A stretch of DNA of 64,000 nt from a virus (taxonomy: Duplodnaviria > Heunggongvirae > Uroviricota > Caudoviricetes): the IMG/VR virus record IMGVR_UViG_3300045988_009603, one strand, 5' to 3'. The stretch's first letter is position 1. Every line of letters begins with the position of its first letter. Under the pieces are notes generated by a model. The model was not told the origin of the DNA, made no database searches, and was given only the letters and a program-made list of their open reading frames with translations. Made by a program: the position numbers and the translations under genes. Shown in pieces: positions 1 to 7,902 of the stretch.

Positions 1-732
1 TGAAACACCAACAGCTTCATACTCTTCAATCTGTACTTTATACTTCCACGGTACATAAGCATTAAGCAATGGTGAACGACCTTCTGGGTTACCATACTCA
101 TCGTCATACTTAAACAGCATGAATTTAGCTCGTGGGAGTTTTCTTGTTAGTGGTCTTTCTCCAAGATTAATTGCTCCAGCAATATGTGAAACATTTCTCA
201 GATTTTGTCTGACACCAGTAACTTTTCTAAAGTCTTCGTCAAAATACCACTTATCAAGTGTTGATTGGTTTCTGATTGGTAATTTAGCCCACCCAATTAG
301 ACCATCATCAAATTTTGACTGGTACTTTCCTTTTTTACCCTGACGTTTCTTATAAACCTTTTCGTTAACACAGAACCCATAAGTGCAGAATGACATTACA
401 GAGTTAATAAAATCTGCCCAATCATGCTCCATGTCATCCATTAAAGAATTAAAGAAGTCTGCTCTTTCAAGCATTTTAGGGTCTTGCTCTTTTCCCTTTG
501 GAGGTACGAATCTCCAGTTGACTTTTCTGACAAACATCTTAATAATATTTACAGATGCTGCTACAGCAGGGTCACGCATCATTAATTGGAAAGTTTTAAT
601 ACTTTCAGGGAACCTTAGTGCCTGACGAGGTTCTTCATAGATTCTACCATTCTTAACCTTCAGACCCAAAGAACCTACTTCACCCATTCTAAATGGTGGT
701 AAGCTTTCTTGTGTTTCTGTAATTTCTGCCAT
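1..732 (-). CDS. putative portal protein, N-terminal part; gene runs off the window start
   Basis: Manual translation of minus strand from ATG at 730-732 is open to position 1 (MAEITETQESLPPFRMGEVG...); AGGTGA RBS; lies directly downstream of terL. Function from synteny only. Confidence 0.4.
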   Translation of the reverse strand, partial: MAEITETQESLPPFRMGEVGSLGLKVKNGRIYEEPRQALRFPESIKTFQLMMRDPAVAASVNIIKMFVRKVNWRFVPPKGKEQDPKMLERADFFNSLMDDMEHDWADFINSVMSFCTYGFCVNEKVYKKRQGKKGKYQSKFDDGLIGWAKLPIRNQSTLDKWYFDEDFRKVTGVRQNLRNVSHIAGAINLGERPLTRKLPRAKFMLFKYDDEYGNPEGRSPLLNAYVPWKYKVQIEEYEAVGVS

Positions 733-748
733 TCTTCTCACCTAGCTA

Positions 749-2365
749 TCAACGTCTAAGCCCCTCATATGGGTTTCCTCTCACTAAGTCTGTGTGAGCA
801 CCCATTGATGGTGGCTTGAATAATTTAACTTCGTTAAGACTGTTGAAAGCATCACTGGTAGCATCCACTTGGTCATCTTTAGTTTTACCATCACCACAAA
901 AGCCTTCAAGTTCTTGAAAGTAAGCTTCGTTCCAACTACCTCTTAAGACTTTTACAAGTCCAGCTTCAGAAGCAGCAGAAAATCCCGCAAAGCGGGTAAC
1001 TTTATCTTTATTTGTTGGTTTAGCTCTTGCGCGATAACCTTTCTCGGCAAGTTTCCTGATGAGGGATGTTGCATAGGATTTACCAGCAGCGCCTGGGTCT
1101 TGAGGGATAAAAATACCAGTTCGCTTACCGTCACTTTCAGCAGTCAAATTAATTTGTGTTTCGACTCCAGAGGGTCTATCTCTAAATCTTACTACATCAA
1201 TGATATAATAGCAACCGTCTTTTTTAGATTTACCCATCTTAACACCCGCTGTCCAGTCTGGGTTAGGGTTAATCTCAGATGGTAAAGTTGCTGCTAAGTC
1301 CCATGCTCTGACATCAAATACATCTTCTGGGAGTGAATCAACAATTTCACACCATTGTCTTTGCCAATAGTTTGAACCTTCTGCACGAGCCTTCCAGTTA
1401 CCGAAACGAAGTCTTGCAACGTTTACAGGTGTGTTGTTTTCCAACTTACCACGATATTTAGGTTCTAAGAAGTCAAGAATTGGGTTATCATCAATCGTAC
1501 CAGAGATGAAGGTGTATGTCTGAGGAATCTCAAGAGGGAACATTTCCAGAATCTTGTCTCTTTCCCAATCAGAAACCATCACACCATCATTCATAACATA
1601 CCAACGAATACGACCACACTTCTCAGGGTCTGGATATCCTTCTTCATCTAAGAATGGTTCTACCCAATCATAAATAAAATGGTCTCTGTCTGGGTTCATA
1701 GAAATCTTCATGTATGAATCACCTTCAGCCCCAGAACGTAGACGAGTCTGTAGGTATGAAATCTGTGAAGCAGAGAAGTGTGTACCTTCGTCAAAGTAAA
1801 TGGCTGAGTACTCAATACCCTGATGACCTTCAGCGTGCTTTTCAAGTTCTAGGTAGGTAAACTTGATAGTTGCCCCAGAAGGGAACGTGATAGTCATCTT
1901 CTGCTCGTGAGGAACCCCACCAAACTTACCAAATAGTTTCTTTGCAGCAGGCCATAAACCACCTTGTAACTGTGTTGTATTTCGACGGAAATATACAGCG
2001 TTATAGTTAGGGTCTTCAATAAATCTTAAAGAGTCCATTAACAATGCAGCAGTCTTACCAGCACCAGCAGCACCACCATAGAGAACCAAGTCAGCATTAG
2101 TATTTAAAAAGACCTCTTGAGAACCCGGCTGAGGGGCTACATAGTTCTTATCAGTCATCAATTTGAAGATAAGTCTAACTTGGTCTGGTGTGTATCTTAA
2201 TAAAGTCAGAATTTGAGTTGGAAGGAATTTAGAGGGGTCTTTACCGAATGATTTGATAATTTCTTTTACTTCATCAGAAAGCCCCAACTCTCCAGCTAGG
2301 ACTTTCCTAACATCTTCCACTCGCTTCTGCTTAACAGCATTTAAGTCCATTAAGCACCTCCGCAA
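749..2365 (-). CDS. terL: terminase large subunit
   Basis: 538 aa ORF; Walker A-like LYGGAAGAGKTAALL near N-terminus; C-terminal nuclease-like region with acidic residues. Confidence 0.85.
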   Translation of the reverse strand: MRRCLMDLNAVKQKRVEDVRKVLAGELGLSDEVKEIIKSFGKDPSKFLPTQILTLLRYTPDQVRLIFKLMTDKNYVAPQPGSQEVFLNTNADLVLYGGAAGAGKTAALLMDSLRFIEDPNYNAVYFRRNTTQLQGGLWPAAKKLFGKFGGVPHEQKMTITFPSGATIKFTYLELEKHAEGHQGIEYSAIYFDEGTHFSASQISYLQTRLRSGAEGDSYMKISMNPDRDHFIYDWVEPFLDEEGYPDPEKCGRIRWYVMNDGVMVSDWERDKILEMFPLEIPQTYTFISGTIDDNPILDFLEPKYRGKLENNTPVNVARLRFGNWKARAEGSNYWQRQWCEIVDSLPEDVFDVRAWDLAATLPSEINPNPDWTAGVKMGKSKKDGCYYIIDVVRFRDRPSGVETQINLTAESDGKRTGIFIPQDPGAAGKSYATSLIRKLAEKGYRARAKPTNKDKVTRFAGFSAASEAGLVKVLRGSWNEAYFQELEGFCGDGKTKDDQVDATSDAFNSLNEVKLFKPPSMGAHTDLVRGNPYEGLRR

Positions 2366-2371
2366 ATAGAA

Positions 2372-2572
2372 TTATTCAGAGTCTGTAGCAGTCTCTTCTT
2401 TCTTAACTTCGAACTTTGCATCAACAGCATCAAGAAGTGCATCCATAGATGCTTCTTTGATATCAATACCTGTTGCTACAGACAATCTGTCTGCAATTGC
2501 CATGATAGTATTCTGCATAAATTCTAGCTTCTTATTAGCTTCATAAAGTTCTTTATAAACGGTCTCGCTCAT
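2372..2572 (-). CDS. hypothetical small protein immediately upstream of terL (small terminase not supported)
   Basis: 66 aa ORF, stop 7 nt before terL start; no recognisable motif. Confidence 0.35.
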   Translation of the reverse strand: MSETVYKELYEANKKLEFMQNTIMAIADRLSVATGIDIKEASMDALLDAVDAKFEVKKEETATDSE

Positions 2573-2608
2573 TATGTTTTCTCCAAATAGTTAACCATGT
2601 TTCCCCTT

Positions 2609-2632
2609 AAAAAAGACGGTACAGAGACCGTC
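2609..2632 (-). terminator. rho-independent terminator at distal end of tRNA operon
   Basis: minus-strand hairpin GACGGUCUCUGUACCGUC followed by U6. Confidence 0.6.
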
Positions 2633-2794
2633 AAGGAGAAACCACAATGTACGTCAGAGACATACTGTATAAGGCTTCTTATAAAGTATAACTCTGTAAA
2701 AAAGCCCTGTCTAAAAATACTCTTCGGTAGCGAAAGGAAGAATACTTATAGCAGGGCATTATTATTATTTTAATTGAGAGAGAGTAAAATAACT

Positions 2795-2870
2795 TGGAGA
2801 ATCCGAAGGGACTCGAACCCTTATAAACCTGTTTTGCAGACAGGCACATAGCCATTTCTGTCACGGATTC
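2795..2870 (-). tRNA. tRNA-Cys (anticodon GCA)
   Basis: anticodon stem-loop CCTGT-CTGCAAA-ACAGG; T-loop TTCGAGT; U73 discriminator; CCA encoded. Confidence 0.75.
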
Positions 2871-2874
2871 AAAT

Positions 2875-2967
2875 TGGAGGAAGATACCAGACTTGAACTG
2901 GTACACCGATTTCTCAGCTACTGGCAGTTTAGCAAACTGCTCCCTTACCTTTTAGGGTTAATCTTCC
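2875..2967 (-). tRNA. tRNA-Ser (anticodon GCU), long variable arm
   Basis: acceptor GGAAGAT/ATCTTCC; anticodon loop TGCTAAA; T-loop GTTCAAGTC; about 93 nt. Confidence 0.75.
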
Positions 2968-2968
2968 A

Positions 2969-3703
2969 TTATTTCTGTAATGCGTTCTTCATTTCTGGTG
3001 TTGCAATAGTGTCGATTACACCAGTTTTACAAGCATCATCAAACCAGTCTGGTAAGATACCTGCTAAGAACCCATTGATATTCGTTTTAAGGTACTCTGC
3101 AATAAGGGCAGTTTCTTCTTCAATCATCTGCACAACTTCATCTGCATAAGCTGTAATCTTCGAGATACCTTCATTAATCTTACTAACAGCTTGGTTAGCT
3201 AAATCAGAAATAGTATCAAGACCTTTATCAATAGCATCCTGTAAGTCGCTTAATACATCATTAACGCCATCTAGTGTACTGTTAATTGTATCCATAGCTT
3301 TTTGACCATACTCTGTAGCAACACCCATAATACCACTAAATGGTGTACAACCAACTTGCTCTCCTGCTGCACCCATAACATTAGAGTAGCCTTTTGCTAC
3401 CTGCATACGTGATGAAAACTCATCAATGGACTTTTGACCATAATCTGTCAGTGTCTTAGTAGTTGATGTAGTGCTTGTCAGACTCGTTGTAAAGCTATTA
3501 AGCAGAACTGTTGTAAGTCCAGCAGCAATAAGCTTATCCTTTATTGTGGGGTCTGTTACAGAGCTAATAGAGCTTACAAGTGATGTAGAGGCAGCTACGG
3601 TTCCACCTAGAACTGCTGCACCAGTAATAAGGGGATTAGAAAACCCTCTACCGGTTTTTAAGAGATTAAAAATCTCCTTACCTTGTTCTGTCATCTCTTT
3701 CAT
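2969..3703 (-). CDS. hypothetical protein embedded in tRNA cluster
   Basis: ORF track 2969..3766; internal start MKEMTEQ at 3703 preferred because upstream part overlaps tRNA-Phe; Thr/Ser-rich, no recognised domain. Confidence 0.5.
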   Translation of the reverse strand: MKEMTEQGKEIFNLLKTGRGFSNPLITGAAVLGGTVAASTSLVSSISSVTDPTIKDKLIAAGLTTVLLNSFTTSLTSTTSTTKTLTDYGQKSIDEFSSRMQVAKGYSNVMGAAGEQVGCTPFSGIMGVATEYGQKAMDTINSTLDGVNDVLSDLQDAIDKGLDTISDLANQAVSKINEGISKITAYADEVVQMIEEETALIAEYLKTNINGFLAGILPDWFDDACKTGVIDTIATPEMKNALQK

Positions 3704-3719
3704 TAAGCACCTTTGAAAT

Positions 3720-3795
3720 TGGTAGTCCAGTGGGATTTGAACCCTCTTCTCATGTTTTTCAGACACGCGCTTTAACCATATAAGCTACTTGGACT
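3720..3795 (-). tRNA. tRNA-Phe (anticodon GAA)
   Basis: anticodon loop CTGAAAA; T-loop TTCAAAT; A73; T-stem has one non-WC pair so boundaries +/-2. Confidence 0.6.
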
Positions 3796-3801
3796 ATAAA
3801 T

Positions 3802-3877
3802 TGGGGTGACCTACGGGATTTGAACCCGTATAGACCATGTTCACAGCATGGGTCATTACCATTTATGATAAGGCCAC
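3802..3877 (-). tRNA. tRNA-His (anticodon GUG)
   Basis: anticodon stem CCATG/CATGG, loop CTGTGAA; T-arm ACGGG-TTCAAAT-CCCGT. Confidence 0.8.
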
Positions 3878-3908
3878 ATTTAAGGACTCTCGTAAGAACC
3901 CTTAGAAG

Positions 3909-3984
3909 TGGCAGCGGCATAAGGATTTGAACCTTAATAAGACAGCTTCAGAGACTGCTGCATTGCCAGTTATGCTATACCGCT
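3909..3984 (-). tRNA. tRNA-Gln (anticodon CUG)
   Basis: standard cloverleaf, D-stem GCAT/ATGC, anticodon loop CTCTGAA. Confidence 0.65.
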
Positions 3985-3989
3985 AAATT

Positions 3990-4068
3990 TGGTACTCCAT
4001 ATCGGATTCGAACCGATACATAACACAGATTTTAAGTCTGGCCTCTCTGCCAATTGGAGTAATGGAGC
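3990..4068 (-). tRNA. tRNA with anticodon UAA (Leu isoacceptor by anticodon), short variable arm
   Basis: anticodon loop CTTAAAA; D-loop CAATTGGCAGA; A73; T-arm ATCGG-TTCGAAT-CCGAT. Confidence 0.5.
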
Positions 4069-4070
4069 AT

Positions 4071-4146
4071 TGGCGGGGGATGTTGGAATTGAACCAACTT
4101 CTTCGATTTCAAAGACCGAGGTTTTAACCTTGTAAACTAATCCCCT
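4071..4146 (-). tRNA. tRNA-Gln (anticodon UUG)
   Basis: anticodon stem TCGGT/ATCGA, loop CTTTGAA; T-arm GTTGG-TTCAATT-CCAAC. Confidence 0.6.
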
Positions 4147-4154
4147 TTAAATCT

Positions 4155-4712
4155 TTACTTCCTTAGTGGATGAATAAAGAATGCCAACATAACTCTTTCC
4201 CTTGAGAATGCTCTTTCTTCTGGGACAACACTTTTAAGTTTCCATCCAACATAAATTCTCCAGTAGAATTGTTTACCAAAGACTTTAATTGATGGGATAA
4301 AGGCGAATAACCCCCAAGCATTACTGTTCCACATTAGGAGATAACCTGTCTGATTATCTTCATGGTCAGAACTTACGTTGATATTACCTTTCCACTTAGT
4401 AACATCTTTTACATCTCTTCCTAACACATGGTAAGAGAAGTTATAAGCTTTGTTTCTCCAGAGCCATCCAACTCTCTGCAAATAGACACCAAGCTTACCA
4501 ATCTTTCTAATCTTAGCCCATCTTTTAACGTGACCTTCATCACCATCAATTGGGTTGTCATATGTCTCCATCCATCTGAATCCAAAAGGTAGATGTCCTT
4601 TCTTCTCACTATAGAATGGAACTACAAAAGGTGCTAAGATAACTGCTAAGATTGCTGCCAATGGGTCTAGCAAAGCTAGGAAAATCCATGAAGCATACTT
4701 CAAATATCTCAT
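4155..4712 (-). CDS. hypothetical membrane protein embedded in tRNA cluster
   Basis: 185 aa ORF; hydrophobic N-terminus IFLALLDPLAAILAVILAPFVVPF; Trp-rich. Confidence 0.5.
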   Translation of the reverse strand: MRYLKYASWIFLALLDPLAAILAVILAPFVVPFYSEKKGHLPFGFRWMETYDNPIDGDEGHVKRWAKIRKIGKLGVYLQRVGWLWRNKAYNFSYHVLGRDVKDVTKWKGNINVSSDHEDNQTGYLLMWNSNAWGLFAFIPSIKVFGKQFYWRIYVGWKLKSVVPEERAFSRERVMLAFFIHPLRK

Positions 4713-4731
4713 TTAAATAGCCTCTTTAAAT

Positions 4732-4807
4732 TGGCGCAGGATAAGGGATTCGAACCCCTATTAACAGCTTCGTAGACTGTTGCTCTATCCATTTGAACTA
4801 ATCCTGC
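4732..4807 (-). tRNA. tRNA-Arg (anticodon ACG)
   Basis: acceptor GCAGGAT/ATCCTGC; anticodon loop CTACGAA; T-loop TTCGAAT. Confidence 0.75.
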
Positions 4808-4812
4808 AAAAT

Positions 4813-4890
4813 TGGTGTTCCAAGACGGATTCGAACCGTCACTAGTACAAGGTTTGAGCTTGCATCCTCTGCCAATTGGGATACTGGAAC
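4813..4890 (-). tRNA. tRNA with anticodon CAA (Leu isoacceptor by anticodon), short variable arm
   Basis: anticodon stem GCAAG/CTTGT, loop CTCAAAC; D-loop CAATTGGCAGA; A73. Confidence 0.5.
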
Positions 4891-4891
4891 A

Positions 4892-4966
4892 TGGTACTCA
4901 CTAAAGGACTTGAACCTTTTTCTTCATCTTGTAAGGGTGATGTTTTACCATATAAACTAAGCGAGT
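4892..4966 (-). tRNA. tRNA-Val (anticodon UAC)
   Basis: anticodon loop CTTACAA; T-arm AAAGG-TTCAAGT-CCTTT; one C-A mismatch in anticodon stem. Confidence 0.6.
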
Positions 4967-5061
4967 ATGAAAGAGGTCTGAAGTTGTGCCGCTAACTCAA
5001 CTCCGTGGAATTTGTTACGGTCTTCAGTTGACACCAGCGGTCTTTCACTTGACCTCTGAAT
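4967..5061 (-). ncRNA. structured non-tRNA spacer (pseudoknot-like crossed helices)
   Basis: no T-loop motif; crossed complementarities CTGAAG/CTTCAG and GCCGCT/AGCGGT plus outer GAGGTC/GACCTC. Confidence 0.3.
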
Positions 5062-5138
5062 TGGTGCTGCTCACAGGACTCGAACCTGCATTTCCATCCT
5101 TACAAGGGATGTGTAATAGCCAATTATACGAAAGCAGC
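5062..5138 (-). tRNA. tRNA-Thr (anticodon UGU)
   Basis: anticodon stem CATCC/GGATG, loop CTTGTAA; T-arm GCAGG-TTCGAGT-CCTGT. Confidence 0.8.
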
Positions 5139-5139
5139 A

Positions 5140-5553
5140 TTAAACTTTTATGATACCAGCATGTACTTTTCTGTGACAGTTAGCGCACAAGACAATGCAC
5201 TTTCTGATTTCATCTTTTAATCTTTTTGTGGAGTATGAATAAAGTGATGCAGGATTCAAATCTTTCTGGGAAGGGTCTGTATGGTGTAAATCCAATGCAA
5301 CTGGTTCTTTCTCACCACATATATGACATTTGCATAAAGCTTTGTACCTTCTAGCTAGAGTCTTGTTATACTCTCTCTTGAAGTTACGAGTACTTTTAAT
5401 AGCCTCTTTCCTTTTATCATTTGCTTGATAACTCTTTGCATCACGAAGTCTTGCACAGTCTTTGCATTGACTTTGAAGACCATCTTTCTTGTTCTTATTC
5501 TTATGGAATAAGCTTTCATCTTTTGGTATTCTGCAAGTACTGCATATTTTCAT
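5140..5553 (-). CDS. HNH endonuclease embedded in tRNA cluster
   Basis: 137 aa; Cys-rich, LDLHHTDP...CANCHRKVH HNH motif. Confidence 0.75.
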   Translation of the reverse strand: MKICSTCRIPKDESLFHKNKNKKDGLQSQCKDCARLRDAKSYQANDKRKEAIKSTRNFKREYNKTLARRYKALCKCHICGEKEPVALDLHHTDPSQKDLNPASLYSYSTKRLKDEIRKCIVLCANCHRKVHAGIIKV

Positions 5554-5567
5554 ATCACACCTTAATT

Positions 5568-5642
5568 TGGAGCATCCAGAGGGAATCGAACCCTCAACCT
5601 CAGTTTGGAAGACTGTAATTTTCCCGTTTAAACTATGGATGC
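5568..5642 (-). tRNA. tRNA-Gly (anticodon UCC)
   Basis: acceptor GCATCCA/TGGATGC; anticodon loop CTTCCAA; T-loop TTCGATT. Confidence 0.7.
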
Positions 5643-5648
5643 ACTAAT

Positions 5649-5724
5649 TGGTGGAGTCACTGAGAATTGAACTCAGTTACCGAGTTTGCAAAACTCGAAT
5701 TTTAACCATATAAACTATGACCCC
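5649..5724 (-). tRNA. tRNA-Ala (anticodon UGC)
   Basis: anticodon stem CGAGT/ACTCG, loop TTTGCAA; G3-U70 pair in acceptor stem. Confidence 0.8.
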
Positions 5725-5730
5725 AATGTT

Positions 5731-5806
5731 TGGTACAGGTGGAGGGAATTGAACCCATCGTCTTACTGATTAAGAGTCAGCCGCATAACCATTTTGCTAC
5801 ACCTGC
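5731..5806 (-). tRNA. tRNA-Lys (anticodon CUU)
   Basis: anticodon loop CTCTTAA; paralogous to the UUU copy at 6957-7032; T-stem only GGG/CCC. Confidence 0.6.
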
Positions 5807-5813
5807 ATTAATT

Positions 5814-5891
5814 TGGTAGGAGACAAGGGATTCGAACCCTCAAACACCAACTTCTAAGGATGGTAGGTTTACCAATTACCGTCAATCTCCC
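5814..5891 (-). tRNA. tRNA with anticodon UAG (Leu isoacceptor by anticodon), short variable arm
   Basis: anticodon loop CTTAGAA (stem has U-U mismatch); T-arm GAGGG-TTCGAAT-CCCTT; D-loop TAATTGGTAAA. Confidence 0.45.
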
Positions 5892-5966
5892 ATTAAATCT
5901 TTTTAGAGAACTTCTAAGAACCTAAGCAACAAGGTTCCACAACAAGCTGTAATAACCTTAGAAGCC

Positions 5967-5990
5967 CTCTAAAAAGACCTAAATAGGTCT
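5967..5990 (-). terminator. internal terminator-like hairpin in tRNA operon spacer
   Basis: minus-strand AGACCUAUUUAGGUCU followed by U5. Confidence 0.45.
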
Positions 5991-6146
5991 TTGCATAGTC
6001 TTGTTTAATCCGGTGACTAGAACCTTTGGAGAGCTTGATATTATCTCTTCTCCGTGACACCTACTAGGTGCTTTATCAGTGTGTACGACAATACACGAGG
6101 GATACCAAAGCAACATCCGAATGAAGCTTGGCTTTAAATCTTATTA

Positions 6147-6236
6147 GGCGGTAAGTAAAGGAGTCGAACCCTCACCGTATCTCTACAGTGGCAACAGTTT
6201 TCAAGACTGTTTGGCTGCCATTAGCCGCTACCTACC
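6147..6236 (-). tRNA. tRNA-Ser (anticodon UGA), long variable arm
   Basis: anticodon stem ACAGT/ACTGT, loop CTTGAAA; about 90 nt; G73; 3' CC encoded, terminal A not. Confidence 0.7.
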
Positions 6237-6249
6237 CCTAATAAGACTT

Positions 6250-6332
6250 TGGCATGGGACGGAGGAGTTGAACCCCTTTGAAACGGTTTTGGAGGCCGTT
6301 GCTCATGCCTTAGAGTCTTAACATCGTCCCAC
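6250..6332 (-). tRNA. tRNA-Trp-like (anticodon CCA) with extra nucleotides between acceptor stem and D-stem
   Basis: anticodon arm ACGGC-CUCCAAA-ACCGU resembles E. coli tRNA-Trp; acceptor GTGGGAC/GTCCCAT; about 7 nt longer than canonical. Confidence 0.45.
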
Positions 6333-6474
6333 ACTATAATTCGAAGCTTACCGTATTTTCGCAACACTGTAAAGCCCCTTCTCAGATTATTTACATGTTC
6401 TGGAAAACATGAGATACAGACCACCTCCTTACACGGAGACCCGATAAGGTCGTCTAAGCAATCTGCTAACTATT

Positions 6475-6551
6475 TGGCACACCCTACAGGATTCGAACCT
6501 GTAACTAACGATTTAGAAGACCGTTGCTCTATCCAATTGAACTAAGGGTGC
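6475..6551 (-). tRNA. tRNA-Arg (anticodon UCU)
   Basis: canonical D-arm GTTC-AATTGGATA-GAGC; anticodon loop CTTCTAA. Confidence 0.8.
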
Positions 6552-6798
6552 ATTAATCTTTAAAGACTCTCTTAGAAAGCCCTTAAAGATGCCCACCTTA
6601 TTAATCATACCGTGGGCGAGTACGCCAAATTCTTTGATGAGGGATTGGAAGACCTCACTGGTGTTTAGCCTATCAAGCTACTGCCAGAAAAACATTGTCG
6701 TTTGCATTTATTTTAAATTTGCAAAATAGACGCTACGCAACGAAAACTAAGGTTACTATAAAGTGGTCACATGTTAATGTCAACAACTTTATTGAAAT

Positions 6799-6874
6799 TG
6801 GTACTGGTAGGTGGAATCGAACCACCGATGTTCCCTTATCAGGGGAGTGTTATAACCTTCTTAACTATACCAGC
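6799..6874 (-). tRNA. tRNA-Ile (anticodon GAU)
   Basis: anticodon loop CTGATAA; T-arm GGTGG-TTCGATT-CCACC. Confidence 0.8.
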
Positions 6875-6875
6875 T

Positions 6876-6952
6876 TGGAGGTTCAGATGGGAATCGAACC
6901 CACATTCATAGGGCTTATGAGACCCCTGCATTACCTTATCTGCGACTGAACC
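6876..6952 (-). tRNA. tRNA-Met (anticodon CAU; elongator Met or Ile2 not distinguishable)
   Basis: acceptor GGTTCAG/CTGAACC; anticodon loop CTCATAA. Confidence 0.7.
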
Positions 6953-6956
6953 ATAT

Positions 6957-7032
6957 TGGTAGAAGTGGAGGGATTCGAACCCATCGCCTGTCAGATTAAA
7001 AGTCTGCCGCATCACCATTCTGCTACACTTCC
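6957..7032 (-). tRNA. tRNA-Lys (anticodon UUU)
   Basis: anticodon loop CTTTTAA; same unusual T-stem as the CUU copy. Confidence 0.65.
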
Positions 7033-7179
7033 ATTAAATTATCTTTGTAGATAAGCTACCCAGACTTGCTTAAGGTCTGTAGCGATGTGCTTTGTTGGGT
7101 TTAAATCTAGAATTTACCCTTTCACCCTTTGTGGTCGCATACTCACAGGTAAGCTTAATAACTTATCTACAAAGATAAT

Positions 7180-7316
7180 TACCAGACCGTTGTTTATCAT
7201 CTTAAGTGCTACCATTACACCAACTCGACATCTGCCGAGTGAAGGAATCGAACCTTCGCCTTTTCTTTACCGGAGAAATAGATTGTTTAAGTTTTGCTGT
7301 AAACGGTCTTCTGTAA
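7180..7316 (-). ncRNA. tRNA-like element with permuted arm order, enclosed by a terminal inverted repeat
   Basis: minus strand reads terminal stem AGACCGUU, T-arm GAAGG-UUCGAUU-CCUUC, ACUCGGC, AGAU, GUCGAGU, D-arm-like GUGUAAUGGUAGCAC, closing AACGGUCU; no canonical 5'-to-3' cloverleaf. Confidence 0.3.
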
Positions 7317-7490
7317 ATTTGTTGAGCCAGACCAAGTTTTAAATTTTTTCAAAATTAAATTGGCTTGAAAATATCATACGTACTTGCTGAATTTGGTCTT
7401 CTGCTCCTTTAAAGAATACTCGTAAGAACTCTTTAAGGGAGGGGCTAAATAGCCCTCTCAAAACATCATCTTGAAATACTTATTATAATT

Positions 7491-7568
7491 TGGCGGTTAC
7501 GAAGGGATTTGAACCCTCATCATCTCCCGTGACAGGGGAGTATTTTAACCAGATTAAACTACATAACC
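7491..7568 (-). tRNA. tRNA-Asp (anticodon GUC)
   Basis: anticodon stem CTCCC/GGGAG, loop CTGTCAC; G73. Confidence 0.85.
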
Positions 7569-7574
7569 TTTATT

Positions 7575-7662
7575 TGGTGTGCCGTGTAGGAGTCGAACCT
7601 ACCGAGTCTCAATGACAAGGGATTTACAGTCCCCACCGCTACCATCTACGGGATAACGACAC
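7575..7662 (-). tRNA. tRNA-Tyr (anticodon GUA), long variable arm
   Basis: anticodon loop CTGTAAA; T-arm GTAGG-TTCGACT-CCTAC; about 88 nt. Confidence 0.8.
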
Positions 7663-7671
7663 ATTTAAATT

Positions 7672-7748
7672 TGGCGGTTAGTCAGGGATTCGAACCCTGT
7701 GCCATTCGCTTAACAGGCGACCGCACATACCTTATGTGCTTCCTAACC
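7672..7748 (-). tRNA. tRNA-Asn (anticodon GUU)
   Basis: D-stem GCAC/GTGC; anticodon loop CTGTTAA. Confidence 0.8.
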
Positions 7749-7825
7749 TTAATACATTGCCAGACCGTGTTTTTTCTTTTATCCGCAAAAAGTAGTTTGT
7801 TGCTGCATACGGTCTTCTGCAAAAT

Positions 7826-7902
7826 TGGAGGCGGGTGCAGGAGTCGAACCTGCCGATACCATGCTAATGAGACATGTGAGACGCCCTTTCTCTATACCCG
7901 CA
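7826..7902 (-). tRNA. tRNA with anticodon CAU (second Met-type; initiator or Ile2 possible)
   Basis: anticodon loop CTCATTA; T-arm GCAGG-TTCGACT-CCTGC; 1:72 mismatch. Confidence 0.55.

Noticed and set aside
2372-2572. Calling the 66 aa ORF upstream of terL a small terminase subunit
   Set aside because: Position is suggestive but the protein is very short and has no recognisable DNA-binding or oligomerisation motif; left as hypothetical.
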